Shown piece by piece: positions 27,898-36,513 of a stretch of 64,000 nucleotides of DNA. The notes beneath the pieces were generated by a model, which was given only the letters and a program-made list of their open reading frames with translations, did not search any database and had not been told where the DNA came from. How positions within the stretch are numbered: position 1 is the stretch's first letter; every line of letters begins with the position of its first letter. The DNA comes from Nanobdellota archaeon (GTDB taxonomy: Archaea > Nanobdellota > Nanobdellia > Pacearchaeales > GW2011-AR1), in the NCBI GenBank assembly GCA_038045385.1, contig JBBSYE010000006.1, positions 2,668-66,667 on the forward strand. Reading direction: 5' to 3'. The position numbers and the translations under genes are program-made.

Positions 27898-28650
27898 TCA
27901 GAAATTAATTTCGAGACTTACTGGACAATGATCTGAACCTAACACATCTTTCAATATTAAACTATTGAGCATTTTATCCTTTAGAGACTTGCTTACAACA
28001 AAGTAATCAATACGCCAACCTATATTTCTTTGTCTTAAATTATTCATATATGGCCACCAAGAATAATGCCCAGATTCTTTAGTAAATTCTCTAAATGAAT
28101 CTATAAATCTCTCTTTTAAAAAACCATCAAACCAACCCCTTTCCTCTTTTGTAAAACCAGCATTCCCATCATTATTTTTTGGATGTGCGAGGTCAATTTC
28201 TGTATGTGCTACATTGAAATCAGATGCAATTATTACCGGTTTAATCCTCTCCAATTCGTTACAAAACTCAATGAATTTCCCATTAAATTTAAGCTTAAAA
28301 TCAAGTCTTTTCAATTCTCTATGAGAATGTGGGAAATAGGCATTAATCAGAAAAAAATCGTTAAATTCCAATGCAAGCACTCTTCCTTCTTTATCAAATA
28401 CTTCTTCTCCAATACCTTCCTTAACTGATATCGGCTTTATTTTTGAAAAAACAGATACTCCACTATACCCTTTCTTCTCAGCATGTGCATGAAATTCATG
28501 ATAACCATTCAACAATTTAGGAATTTTTTCTTTTGTTGCCTTAACTTCTTGGAAACAATATATTTCAGCATTCTCATTATCCATAAAGTCAATTAATCCT
28601 TTATTTACGCAAGCATTGATTCCGTTAACGTTCCAAGATATTATTTTCAT
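27898..28650 (-). CDS. xth: exodeoxyribonuclease III / AP endonuclease
   Basis: MKIISWNVNG (start reassigned to 28650), QEVKA, DFNVAH, GWRIDY, SDHCP. Confidence 0.93.
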   Translation of the reverse strand: MKIISWNVNGINACVNKGLIDFMDNENAEIYCFQEVKATKEKIPKLLNGYHEFHAHAEKKGYSGVSVFSKIKPISVKEGIGEEVFDKEGRVLALEFNDFFLINAYFPHSHRELKRLDFKLKFNGKFIEFCNELERIKPVIIASDFNVAHTEIDLAHPKNNDGNAGFTKEERGWFDGFLKERFIDSFREFTKESGHYSWWPYMNNLRQRNIGWRIDYFVVSKSLKDKMLNSLILKDVLGSDHCPVSLEINF

Positions 28651-28748
28651 CAATCTATGAGATATGGGCAAATTAAAGACTTTTCCATATAACGCACGGA
28701 CCAAAACACGATTGAAGTTGCTATAGTTAGGTACAATGCAAGTTTAAA

Positions 28749-29924
28749 TCAAATGCTTTTTTCAAGCATTTCTATTAAATTTAGAACATCAGTGAAAAAT
28801 ATCTTGCACCCCTTAAATTCCTTAGTCTTATCTTCTCCTTTATAAGAGACTACAAACGCTTTTTTTGGTTTGTAAACTTCGATAAAAGATTGAAGACTTC
28901 TTTCTATTTTATCAGAAGAATTTATTTTTACTTCAATTGGAATTAATTTTTTATCTTTTTCGATAACGAAATCTACTTCTGCTTTTGATTTTGTTCTCCA
29001 ATGGTTAAGTGCAAATCCCGCTTTAATTAATTCGGAAGCAACATAATTTTCAAATAATTTACCGTCTAGTTCGCTATCGAAATTCTTGGTAATCAGATTT
29101 CTTAATCCCGTGTCTACAAAATAAATCTTAGGTTGTTTAGTAATCTCTTTAATTTTGTTTCTGTAAAATGGTGCAATTTTTAAAATAAGATAACTTTTCT
29201 CCATGGCGTCAAGGTATTTTTTTACAGTTTGAAAAGACAGTTTCAGATTATTTGATACTTCTTCATAAGAAATCAAATTACCAATATTTAGGGCTAGATA
29301 CTTGCTAAATTCCTCTAAAGAACCTATGTTTTCTATAGAAAAAGTGTTTGCAATGTCTTTTAGAATCATGGTTGTATTAAGGTCTCGTAATATTGTCTTT
29401 TTTAGTTCAATATCTTCCGTTATAACGACTTTGGGATATCCTCCGTACGTAATGTGCTCCCATATGTTTCTTTGGAGCATCTGCTTTGCGAATTCCTTTT
29501 GATTTTTAGCTTTCAAAAACTCATTAAGAGAAAGAGGATATAATTTTAGAACCGAAACTCTTCCCACAAGAAATGAAAGTACCTCTTTACCTAAAATTAA
29601 CTCGGATGATGAAGTAATCCACATTTTCTTGCCTTTATCTGCAAGATATTTCAAGTTTCTTCCAGCTTCTTTGCAATATTGGACTTCATCTAAAACATAG
29701 ACTTCTGAATTTTCAAGGTATTGCCTCTCAAACTTTTTTATGTCTTGTTCAAAAAGATTTCTAATATCGGGGTCATCAAACGAAAGGTAAGATGATTTTA
29801 ATCCTTTGGCATGTTCTTTAAGAAAGGTCGTCTTTCCAGCTTGCCTTGCACCAACTAGCGCAATCACAGAATATGCATCTGCAATTTTTCGAAAGTTCTT
29901 GTTTATTTCACGTTCTATATACAT
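28749..29924 (-). CDS. AAA+ superfamily ATPase (AAA_14 plus DUF4143 type)
   Basis: GARQAGKTT, VLDEVQ, GGYP, KIYFVDTG, EVDFV...PIEVK. Confidence 0.88.
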   Translation of the reverse strand: MYIEREINKNFRKIADAYSVIALVGARQAGKTTFLKEHAKGLKSSYLSFDDPDIRNLFEQDIKKFERQYLENSEVYVLDEVQYCKEAGRNLKYLADKGKKMWITSSSELILGKEVLSFLVGRVSVLKLYPLSLNEFLKAKNQKEFAKQMLQRNIWEHITYGGYPKVVITEDIELKKTILRDLNTTMILKDIANTFSIENIGSLEEFSKYLALNIGNLISYEEVSNNLKLSFQTVKKYLDAMEKSYLILKIAPFYRNKIKEITKQPKIYFVDTGLRNLITKNFDSELDGKLFENYVASELIKAGFALNHWRTKSKAEVDFVIEKDKKLIPIEVKINSSDKIERSLQSFIEVYKPKKAFVVSYKGEDKTKEFKGCKIFFTDVLNLIEMLEKSI

Positions 29925-30020
29925 GTTTATCAGAATGACGAGAAGTATTTAAATCTTACTAATATTTAACTACAGGTAAGTTTTAGTATTACTATAGTTA
30001 ATCTACAAGTATATTTTAGT

Positions 30021-30551
30021 TTATTTCTTGCGTTTGTTCGCTTCATCCAGTATCTTGAAATAGTCGTCTCCGACTTTTTCTACAAGATCATTAAGTTCGT
30101 CAAGAACATTCTGAATTTCTTCTTCTGAAGGTCCTTCAAGTTCCATAAATTTTAGTTTGGTAGGTTTCGTCAATTCTACAAATGCAATCTCAACCTTACT
30201 CAGTTGCCAATATTCGCGTTCAGAATGATTTTCAAGAAGCGTATAAAACTTCATATGGTTAAACATCTGTGCTACGGCCTCAGGATTATCGACTTTGCTT
30301 GTTAATTCGATACGTTTCCAGATATCGCTTTCTGTTTCGCGCTTACCTTTGAAAGTCAATTCTGCAGCTCCGCCCTTAACACGTAGGCGTACAAAGTCCT
30401 TTGCGTTCTTCATATCAGTATCTTCGAGGCTAAAATAGGTATCTGCTAAGGTGTATTTTTCTTTAAAGGTCGCCCCTAATTTTTTTAGCTGGGCAATCAC
30501 TTTATTTTTGTCCGTGAATGAAAGTTTGATCTCTATTTCGTGCTGGCTCAT
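30021..30551 (-). CDS. CYTH-domain protein (class IV adenylate cyclase-like)
   Basis: EIEIK, DTYF, VRLR, LTFKG, FMELE. Confidence 0.85.
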   Translation of the reverse strand: MSQHEIEIKLSFTDKNKVIAQLKKLGATFKEKYTLADTYFSLEDTDMKNAKDFVRLRVKGGAAELTFKGKRETESDIWKRIELTSKVDNPEAVAQMFNHMKFYTLLENHSEREYWQLSKVEIAFVELTKPTKLKFMELEGPSEEEIQNVLDELNDLVEKVGDDYFKILDEANKRKK

Positions 30552-30595
30552 ATTACTTAGGTACTCCTACAAGCTTCAATTTGAGATTGAACTTA

Positions 30596-31141
30596 TTAAA
30601 TACTGGTTCGCATATATTGTATTGCTTCCTCAAGATTCCTTACTCCATTTAATCTTAAAACTTCTTCAAGTTGCCTTAGGTAAGAAGAATGGTTTCCATA
30701 AATAGGCGACCAAGGCTTACATCCAGAAGAGCCTAAAGAAATCACTACTTCTCTTGCAATATACTCGGCGAAACCCTCACTCATAAATTCAGGAAGTTTA
30801 GCAATACCTTCTGGATCTTCAATAGATTTGCCTATTAATCTACTATGGGCTATATGGCCCAATTCATGTGCCGCCAACCATAGCATATGTTTATTGCTTG
30901 GAAGCGCTAAATGGAGTGCCGGATTTCTACTATAAAATACTCTAGTATCCGCGGCTTTGGCAGTTAATGCAAAAGAAAATTCAAGAAAAGAGAGATATGG
31001 AACCCTTTCCGAAGATAATAATGTATAATATTCTGAAAGAGGTTCGACTTTTATTTTTCCAAGTTTCACATTCATTCTCTCTTCAATGATTGGCTTTGCT
31101 CGCGTAATCGCTTCGGAAAGTCTTTTCTTAATAGTTATCAC
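30596..31141 (-). CDS. HExxH zinc metallopeptidase-like protein
   Basis: AAHELGHIAH...SEGFAEY. Confidence 0.7.
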   Translation of the reverse strand: MITIKKRLSEAITRAKPIIEERMNVKLGKIKVEPLSEYYTLLSSERVPYLSFLEFSFALTAKAADTRVFYSRNPALHLALPSNKHMLWLAAHELGHIAHSRLIGKSIEDPEGIAKLPEFMSEGFAEYIAREVVISLGSSGCKPWSPIYGNHSSYLRQLEEVLRLNGVRNLEEAIQYMRTSI

Positions 31142-31205
31142 AAGAAAACCTATAAGAAAGGTATTTAACTTTTACTACGTGTTTTACAGTTATAGAAGGG
31201 TATTA

Positions 31206-31260
31206 CGCCCGGACCAAGAATCGAACTTGGATATCCTTGCGGAAATCGGTTTACTTGTTT
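31206..31260 (-). other. orphan tRNA-Ser 3' exon (46 nt, 31206..31251) preceded by an intron/BHB remnant
   Basis: AAACAAG-TA|A-ACCGA-TTTCCGCAAGGATA-TCCAAG-TTCGATT-CTTGG-TCCGGGC-G; no matching 5' exon seen in the window. Confidence 0.85.
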
Positions 31261-31869
31261 TTATCGCATTTTACTCTCAACAAGTGAATATGCTTTCCGA
31301 AATCTTTTATATTGACGTTTTTTAATTGCTGGCGGTAGAGCTTCCGGAAGGTAAACGTGCATCATAAAATCCCGAATAGTCTCTAGTTTTCCTCGATTAG
31401 GTAGATTATGGATTATAGGAACTTCTTCGTTAGTCACGTCAATAATATTAATAATACCCAAGGGGTAAATTGCAGGAATTAAATCTGGTAGTCTGTAAGC
31501 TGCAGGATTGCAGCAAGAAATAATTAGTCCAGAAGAAGTTAAACGTTGTTGCATTAAGAAAGGAACGATATCGCTACCCTCATCCCCTGGGCTATCAAAA
31601 TAAAGCCATTTGTCCGCACTAGAATGGCCGTGACATTTTATAAATCTCAGCGGTTTTATAATGCTAGAAGACTCTAGTAAATTGGCGACTTGAGCTGGAA
31701 GCCTTTCAGCGTATTTATTTACAGCGTGACTATAATCCAACCTCATTTGAAGTGCGACATCTTCTTCCGTTTCAAGAGTTGTATCAATCGCTTTTTTTTC
31801 TAACAAACGCTGTTCCGAAATTAGAAATTCTCCAAACCAGGGGCCAACACGACAAGGAAAATTATGCAT
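31261..31869 (-). CDS. hypothetical protein, possible caspase/CHAT-like cysteine peptidase
   Basis: RFIKCHGH and GLIISCCNP; stop codon abuts the orphan tRNA half. Confidence 0.6.
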   Translation of the reverse strand: MHNFPCRVGPWFGEFLISEQRLLEKKAIDTTLETEEDVALQMRLDYSHAVNKYAERLPAQVANLLESSSIIKPLRFIKCHGHSSADKWLYFDSPGDEGSDIVPFLMQQRLTSSGLIISCCNPAAYRLPDLIPAIYPLGIINIIDVTNEEVPIIHNLPNRGKLETIRDFMMHVYLPEALPPAIKKRQYKRFRKAYSLVESKMR

Positions 31870-31919
31870 CTTTAGATTATCTAAATAAGACTTTTATATC
31901 TTTGGACAATTATTGAAGA

Positions 31920-32078
31920 CGCCCGGACTCGGAATCGAACCGAGATATCCTCACGGAAATCGCATGTCTTGTTTTCTTTCCCACATTTAAGGAAGAAAGA
32001 CCCTTTCTTCTTTCCCAGGGGTTTCTTCCTAAGAAAGGCCTTTTCGAGTGCGACGCAATTCCATTATGCGATCCGGGC
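31920..32078 (-). tRNA. tRNA-Ser(CGA) with a 77-nt intron at 37/38 (31966..32042)
   Basis: GCCCGGA/TCCGGGC acceptor, G73; TCGCA/TGCGA anticodon stem; long variable arm; mature length 82 nt. Confidence 0.9.
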
Positions 32079-32102
32079 TAAAGCAATTCAGAAAATGAGC
32101 TT

Positions 32103-32444
32103 TTAATGTCTTTTGCTTATAACCTTCTTTACAGGTTTATTTCCATGAACATAATAATATACAATAGCCCCAATTACGTTTAAGAAAATTATTACTAAAA
32201 TCCACATGACTTTTTGATAGTCTTTATCAAATTTTCTAAAAGAGCAATCCACAATCATATAAATCATAAAAGCAAGACCAAGTATCGTCACAAGAAAATG
32301 CGAAATAATCACAAGTCCGAAAGATGAGAAATCAATCTCTTTTCCTTTAGCTATAGAAAACATAAAACTAAAAAATAAGAAAGTATGTATTAAGAGCCAA
32401 GCAATATAAACAGGGACTAAGTATCTAAATATTTTTTTAACCAC
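32103..32444 (-). CDS. small membrane protein with a PLDc_N-like hairpin
   Basis: MIVDC...KVMWILVIIFLNVIGAIVYY. Confidence 0.75.
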   Translation of the reverse strand: MVKKIFRYLVPVYIAWLLIHTFLFFSFMFSIAKGKEIDFSSFGLVIISHFLVTILGLAFMIYMIVDCSFRKFDKDYQKVMWILVIIFLNVIGAIVYYYVHGNKPVKKVISKRH

Positions 32445-32473
32445 AATAAAAAGTATTTTCTCAATTTAAATAA

Positions 32474-32776
32474 CTATCTTATTTTGTTATGTCGTACGGC
32501 AGTCACAAGAGAAACAAAAACATAAGTCAATATCGTCCCAAGAATCAAAATAGTCCAAGAAATTCCATAAAAAACTTGAGTATAATGAAAAAAGAAGTAG
32601 CCTAAAGGCGATACAACGCCAGAGCTAGGGCAAGGAATAGTCACGCATCTAATTCCACTATCATATTCAACAAAAGGTAGAAATGCAACAACCAATATCA
32701 AAGTCCAAACAATTTGCTTTAAAGATGGTTGCAAAAACCCAAACTTGCTATCCAGATGATACGTTCTCGACCTCAT
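32474..32776 (-). CDS. small membrane protein
   Basis: Two TMs around CVTIPCP. Confidence 0.7.
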   Translation of the reverse strand: MRSRTYHLDSKFGFLQPSLKQIVWTLILVVAFLPFVEYDSGIRCVTIPCPSSGVVSPLGYFFFHYTQVFYGISWTILILGTILTYVFVSLVTAVRHNKIR

Positions 32777-32896
32777 ATAAAATAAAAGAGAAGGAACTAT
32801 AAAAACCTACCACTTGCTAAATCTCAAGGCAGATAGTTACCCCTTTAAGATTACACTAATGGGAAGGTTTAAATATTGAAGAAATAAAAAATAACC

Positions 32897-33871
32897 ATGG
32901 AATCAAACAAAGAACCGCGAAAAGATTTAATCTCTTATTTAGTAACTTCTTCTGTTAAATTGGACGGCTTTGAGAATGGCACGAGAATTGACGAAAGAAT
33001 AGGGCTTGAAAATCGTATAACTCATACTTATGAAGAGTTCCCACAGAAAGACAGACCTAATTTTTCGCCATTATTTTGTTCAATAGAAATTACTCCAGAA
33101 AGAAAGAACGTAAAGGCGCTTACACATTTTAGAGTTGGTCTCAACGGAGAAACTTATTCTCTTTATGAGAATCTAATAAATGCAACTAACTTAATAGCGG
33201 GCACAGAGATAACCCCTTCAAGAACAATGTTATTCAAAGATTTTACCGCTCAAACAAAGTATGAAGGAAATAGAGATGGAACAAGAACGGAAGTTCAATT
33301 TTTAAAGCCCAATATAGAAAAAGATGCAAGACGGAGTATAGAAATGAGGGGGCTTATTGGGGGAACAACAATAGGCGCAGTTTTCGGGTTGCTTGGCGGA
33401 ATAGCCCTTGCTCCATACCTAAATGATCCTATAAGCCCAAGTCACCCTATTTTTGAATATTATACATTGGCTACTTTTGAGGGTGTTATAGGGCTAATAA
33501 CAGGTTTAACAGTTTTCGGACATGCCGGAGAGATAATATCGGGCCAAATTTCTCCACTTTTCTTGAATGGAGCTAAAGAAAGGGTAAAAAGAGATAGATT
33601 AAGAGAGACTACAGCCCCAAATAGAAGAATAAGCAATTTCAAGAGACAACTTAATACTCTAAGCCAGTTAGAAACAGAATCAGTTACGGAAGAAGAGTGG
33701 ACACAATTTAGAGAACAGGAAGAAAAGACAAAGAAAGCTTACGATTATCTACATGCCGTTCACGAGGATATAATCAGATGCGAAGGAATCGCGTTAACTG
33801 TTTATGGTTCGGATAGAGATGAAGTGTTTAATCGTGTAAGATCGATCTATCGTTCTATTGAGCAAATTTAG
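32897..33871 (+). CDS. hypothetical protein with two central TMs
   Basis: Gly-rich hydrophobic segments followed by a coiled C-terminus. Confidence 0.7.
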   Translation: MESNKEPRKDLISYLVTSSVKLDGFENGTRIDERIGLENRITHTYEEFPQKDRPNFSPLFCSIEITPERKNVKALTHFRVGLNGETYSLYENLINATNLIAGTEITPSRTMLFKDFTAQTKYEGNRDGTRTEVQFLKPNIEKDARRSIEMRGLIGGTTIGAVFGLLGGIALAPYLNDPISPSHPIFEYYTLATFEGVIGLITGLTVFGHAGEIISGQISPLFLNGAKERVKRDRLRETTAPNRRISNFKRQLNTLSQLETESVTEEEWTQFREQEEKTKKAYDYLHAVHEDIIRCEGIALTVYGSDRDEVFNRVRSIYRSIEQI

Positions 33872-33911
33872 GAAGTATTTATATATCTCTCCAACTTAAA
33901 ATTAAAAAGAA

Positions 33912-34193
33912 ATGGATGCAGTTCTAATTTCAGGAATTCTCGGAGGTATAGGTGGCTTAACAAGGGGCGTCGTTGGACTCTTGAAAGCCTTATCTTTAAG
34001 ACGAAGGATAATTTGGTCTTATTATCTCATTACAGTTTTGATAGCAGTAATAATAGGAATATTTTCAGGAATAGTTTTCAATTTCGACACTCGTCTCTCT
34101 TTACTTGCAGGCTACGCAGGCACAGATATCCTAGAAGGCATTTACAAAAGCTTTGCTGTGCAGAAAGTCTATTTACAACCAAAGAAAAAATAA
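33912..34193 (+). CDS. small three-TM membrane protein
   Basis: LLAGYAGTDILEG; basic tail. Confidence 0.7.
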   Translation: MDAVLISGILGGIGGLTRGVVGLLKALSLRRRIIWSYYLITVLIAVIIGIFSGIVFNFDTRLSLLAGYAGTDILEGIYKSFAVQKVYLQPKKK

Positions 34194-34219
34194 TCTTAGT
34201 AATTAGAATCATTGAAATA

Positions 34220-34273
34220 TCATTTATCTAAAATTTCGTCTTTCAAACTTTCGACAATGCTTGCCTTGACCAT
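34220..34273 (-). pseudogene. possible truncated toxin remnant downstream of the antitoxin-like gene
   Basis: Overlapping ATG gives MVKASIVESLKDEILDK* (17 aa). Confidence 0.3.
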
Positions 34274-34467
34274 TTTTTATTTAACTCTTTAATGGCCTCT
34301 TCAATTGATATAAATCCTTCATCGGACATCATGAACTCTCTTAATTGTGCTTTGACAGCCAATGCATAAATTCTCTTAATAATGTTATCATAACTTTCTC
34401 CTTTTAGCCCAAATGTTGAAATTTTTTCTTTCATCTCTTTGCTTAGCTTAATAGTCGTTTTCTCCAT
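34243..34467 (-). CDS. ribbon-helix-helix antitoxin-like protein
   Basis: TTIKLSKEMKEKI...GESYDNIIKRI. Confidence 0.7.
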   Translation of the reverse strand: MEKTTIKLSKEMKEKISTFGLKGESYDNIIKRIYALAVKAQLREFMMSDEGFISIEEAIKELNKKWSRQALSKV

Positions 34468-34543
34468 TTCAATCTATAGCCCCATAGTTTATAAATTTCT
34501 ATAAAGAATAATCTATTTATATGCATTTTACCTTAATATAATA

Positions 34544-34888
34544 ATGGTAAACTCCCCCCTAGTAAAATTCATAAAACAAGGTAGAGCAAGAGGCTTTGAC
34601 GATTATCAACTTCGCGAACCTTTAATAAAAAATGGTTGGGATATACGGGATATTGAAGAAGCATTTGCATCATTCAAACAACCATTAAAATTCAAAAATA
34701 AAATATCTGTATGGCTTGACAATGACATACTAAAAATAATTGAAAAACGTGCAAATAGAAACTTAATGACAACAGGCGAACAAATCGAAGATATAATTCG
34801 CAGAAGTGCAGTAAATGTCAAACCCTCAAAAAAGACAGAAAAACTTGATGATAAATTTATTGCATTCTTCTCAAGAAAGAAAAGATAA
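34544..34888 (+). CDS. small protein with a C-terminal ribbon-helix-helix-like region
   Basis: KISVWLDNDILKIIEKRA. Confidence 0.65.
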   Translation: MVNSPLVKFIKQGRARGFDDYQLREPLIKNGWDIRDIEEAFASFKQPLKFKNKISVWLDNDILKIIEKRANRNLMTTGEQIEDIIRRSAVNVKPSKKTEKLDDKFIAFFSRKKR

Positions 34889-35107
34889 TTAATTATTAAT
34901 AACAAAATATTTCTTTCTTGAACTCGCATTCTTCAGTTTGATATCTTTCCAAGAAACCCCAAACTCTTTAGATAAAATTGAGATAACTCTTTTATTTGCC
35001 TCGTTATTTCGAGCAGGCTCTTTTACATTAATCTCATACTCATTAATTCCAATTTTTTTAATGCCTTCTTTCCCAGAATTAGGCTTAACATTAACTTTAA
35101 CTATCAT
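34889..35107 (-). CDS. DUF167/UPF0235 (YggU-like) protein
   Basis: VNVKPNS...VKEPARNNEANKRVISILSKEFGV...SRKK; start reassigned to 35107. Confidence 0.85.
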   Translation of the reverse strand: MIVKVNVKPNSGKEGIKKIGINEYEINVKEPARNNEANKRVISILSKEFGVSWKDIKLKNASSRKKYFVINN

Positions 35108-35114
35108 TCGCAAA

Positions 35115-35348
35115 TCAAACTCCAAGAAACTTCAATATTTCAAAAACAAGAAAAGCAGGCCAAACTAATGCTTTCAACAATCCCAAAAATCCCATCCAAA
35201 AACCACCCGCACTAGAAATATAATAAACTGCCGCACCGATGACTCCAAGACAATATCCTACACCTCCACAAGCTCCAGAATTCCACTTTCCATCATTACA
35301 TCCACAACAACATTCTTCTATATGTTTACTTATAACTTTTTTCTTCAT
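35115..35348 (-). CDS. small membrane protein with an N-terminal CCCGC
   Basis: GYCLGVIGAAVYYIS..GFWMG.LGLLKALVWPAF; start reassigned to 35348. Confidence 0.7.
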   Translation of the reverse strand: MKKKVISKHIEECCCGCNDGKWNSGACGGVGYCLGVIGAAVYYISSAGGFWMGFLGLLKALVWPAFLVFEILKFLGV

Positions 35349-35620
35349 AATAAAACTATGAATCAATGATTTAAATATATTCCTGAAAATTTCAAATAAG
35401 TTTTTCTTATCAAATCTGCCCAGTCTGAATAAACTTTCGCATTGCTTGCTCAAGAATTATTTGAGGAGCAAAACCCTTTCTACTGCAGGCCTTCATGAAT
35501 TCATCAAAAGTAACCTGATCAACCATATAATCAAGTTTTCTTTTCTTTGCCCCAGGGGGTGTTGCTGCCATTACTTATCAAGACAGGCCAGCTATTTAAA
35601 TTATAGTCAAAAAAGTAAAA

Positions 35621-35702
35621 CGCCCGGAGCAGGAGTCGAACCTACTAATCCTTGCGGAAATACGCTCTCCAAGCGTACGCATTACCGTTCTGCCATCCGG
35701 GC
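35621..35702 (-). tRNA. tRNA-Ser(GGA)
   Basis: GCCCGGA/TCCGGGC acceptor; TACGC-TTGGAGA-GCGTA anticodon arm; long variable arm; no intron. Confidence 0.93.
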
Positions 35703-35805
35703 TTAAACTAAATAAAAACGAGGCGTTTTAAGGCTTGCGATTAATTCATAAAGCCAAATATCAAGGTTTCATAAAATATTTATATTTGATTCTATTAAAA
35801 TATGA

Positions 35806-36237
35806 ATGAACAATAGCTATTATGTCGATACTTGCATTTATCTTAATATCTGGCAAAAAGAATCCATAAAAGGAATTGAACTTTGGAGAATTGCAAAAGA
35901 ATTTTTTGATAAGCTCGAAGAAAGAGAAGATACAATATATTATTCAGGTTTTATCTTGAAAGAGCTAAGTTATATTTTAACAGATGAAGAATTTAACCAA
36001 AAAAGAGAACTCTTTAATTCAAACCCTATTTTTATAAAAGAGGTTTTGACGAAAGAAGAGTACGAAGAAGCAAGAAAAATTGAAAACGAATTAAATAATG
36101 AGATTAGTTTTTACGACATAATGCACATTCTTATTTCAAGAAAAACAAATTCAATTTTAATAACAAGAGATAAAAAATTAATAGAAATATCAAAAAGACT
36201 TGGAGTTGAAGCAAAAAAGCCAGAAGAAATTCTATAG
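35806..36237 (+). CDS. PIN-domain (VapC-like) ribonuclease
   Basis: YVDTC, KELS, YDIMH, ITRDK acidic residues intact. Confidence 0.85.
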   Translation: MNNSYYVDTCIYLNIWQKESIKGIELWRIAKEFFDKLEEREDTIYYSGFILKELSYILTDEEFNQKRELFNSNPIFIKEVLTKEEYEEARKIENELNNEISFYDIMHILISRKTNSILITRDKKLIEISKRLGVEAKKPEEIL

Positions 36238-36474
36238 GCGGTTTATTTCATCCAAATCAAACCTTTCTTTAGATAACTTTGCTCTTACATTACTTAATAT
36301 TTCTACAGAATTTCCCTTATTTTTTACACTTCCAACTTCTTTTTCCCATACAAATCTTCTGACTGCGTCCCTGATTACATCCGCTCTATTTGAATAAATG
36401 CCGGTTCTTACCATAGCATCTATTATTTTGAGCAATTTAGGGCTCATTCTTATTTGAATAGTGTCCATTACCAT
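36232..36474 (-). CDS. CopG/Arc/MetJ ribbon-helix-helix protein
   Basis: IQIRMSPKLLKIIDAMVRTGIYSNRADVIRDAVR. Confidence 0.85.
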   Translation of the reverse strand: MVMDTIQIRMSPKLLKIIDAMVRTGIYSNRADVIRDAVRRFVWEKEVGSVKNKGNSVEILSNVRAKLSKERFDLDEINRL

Positions 36475-36513
36475 AGTAATTTAATTGTAATTTATATATT
36501 TAAATGCTTTTAT

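Noticed and set aside
33912-34193. Holin-like three-TM protein suggesting a provirus
   Set aside because: No capsid, terminase, portal or integrase genes nearby
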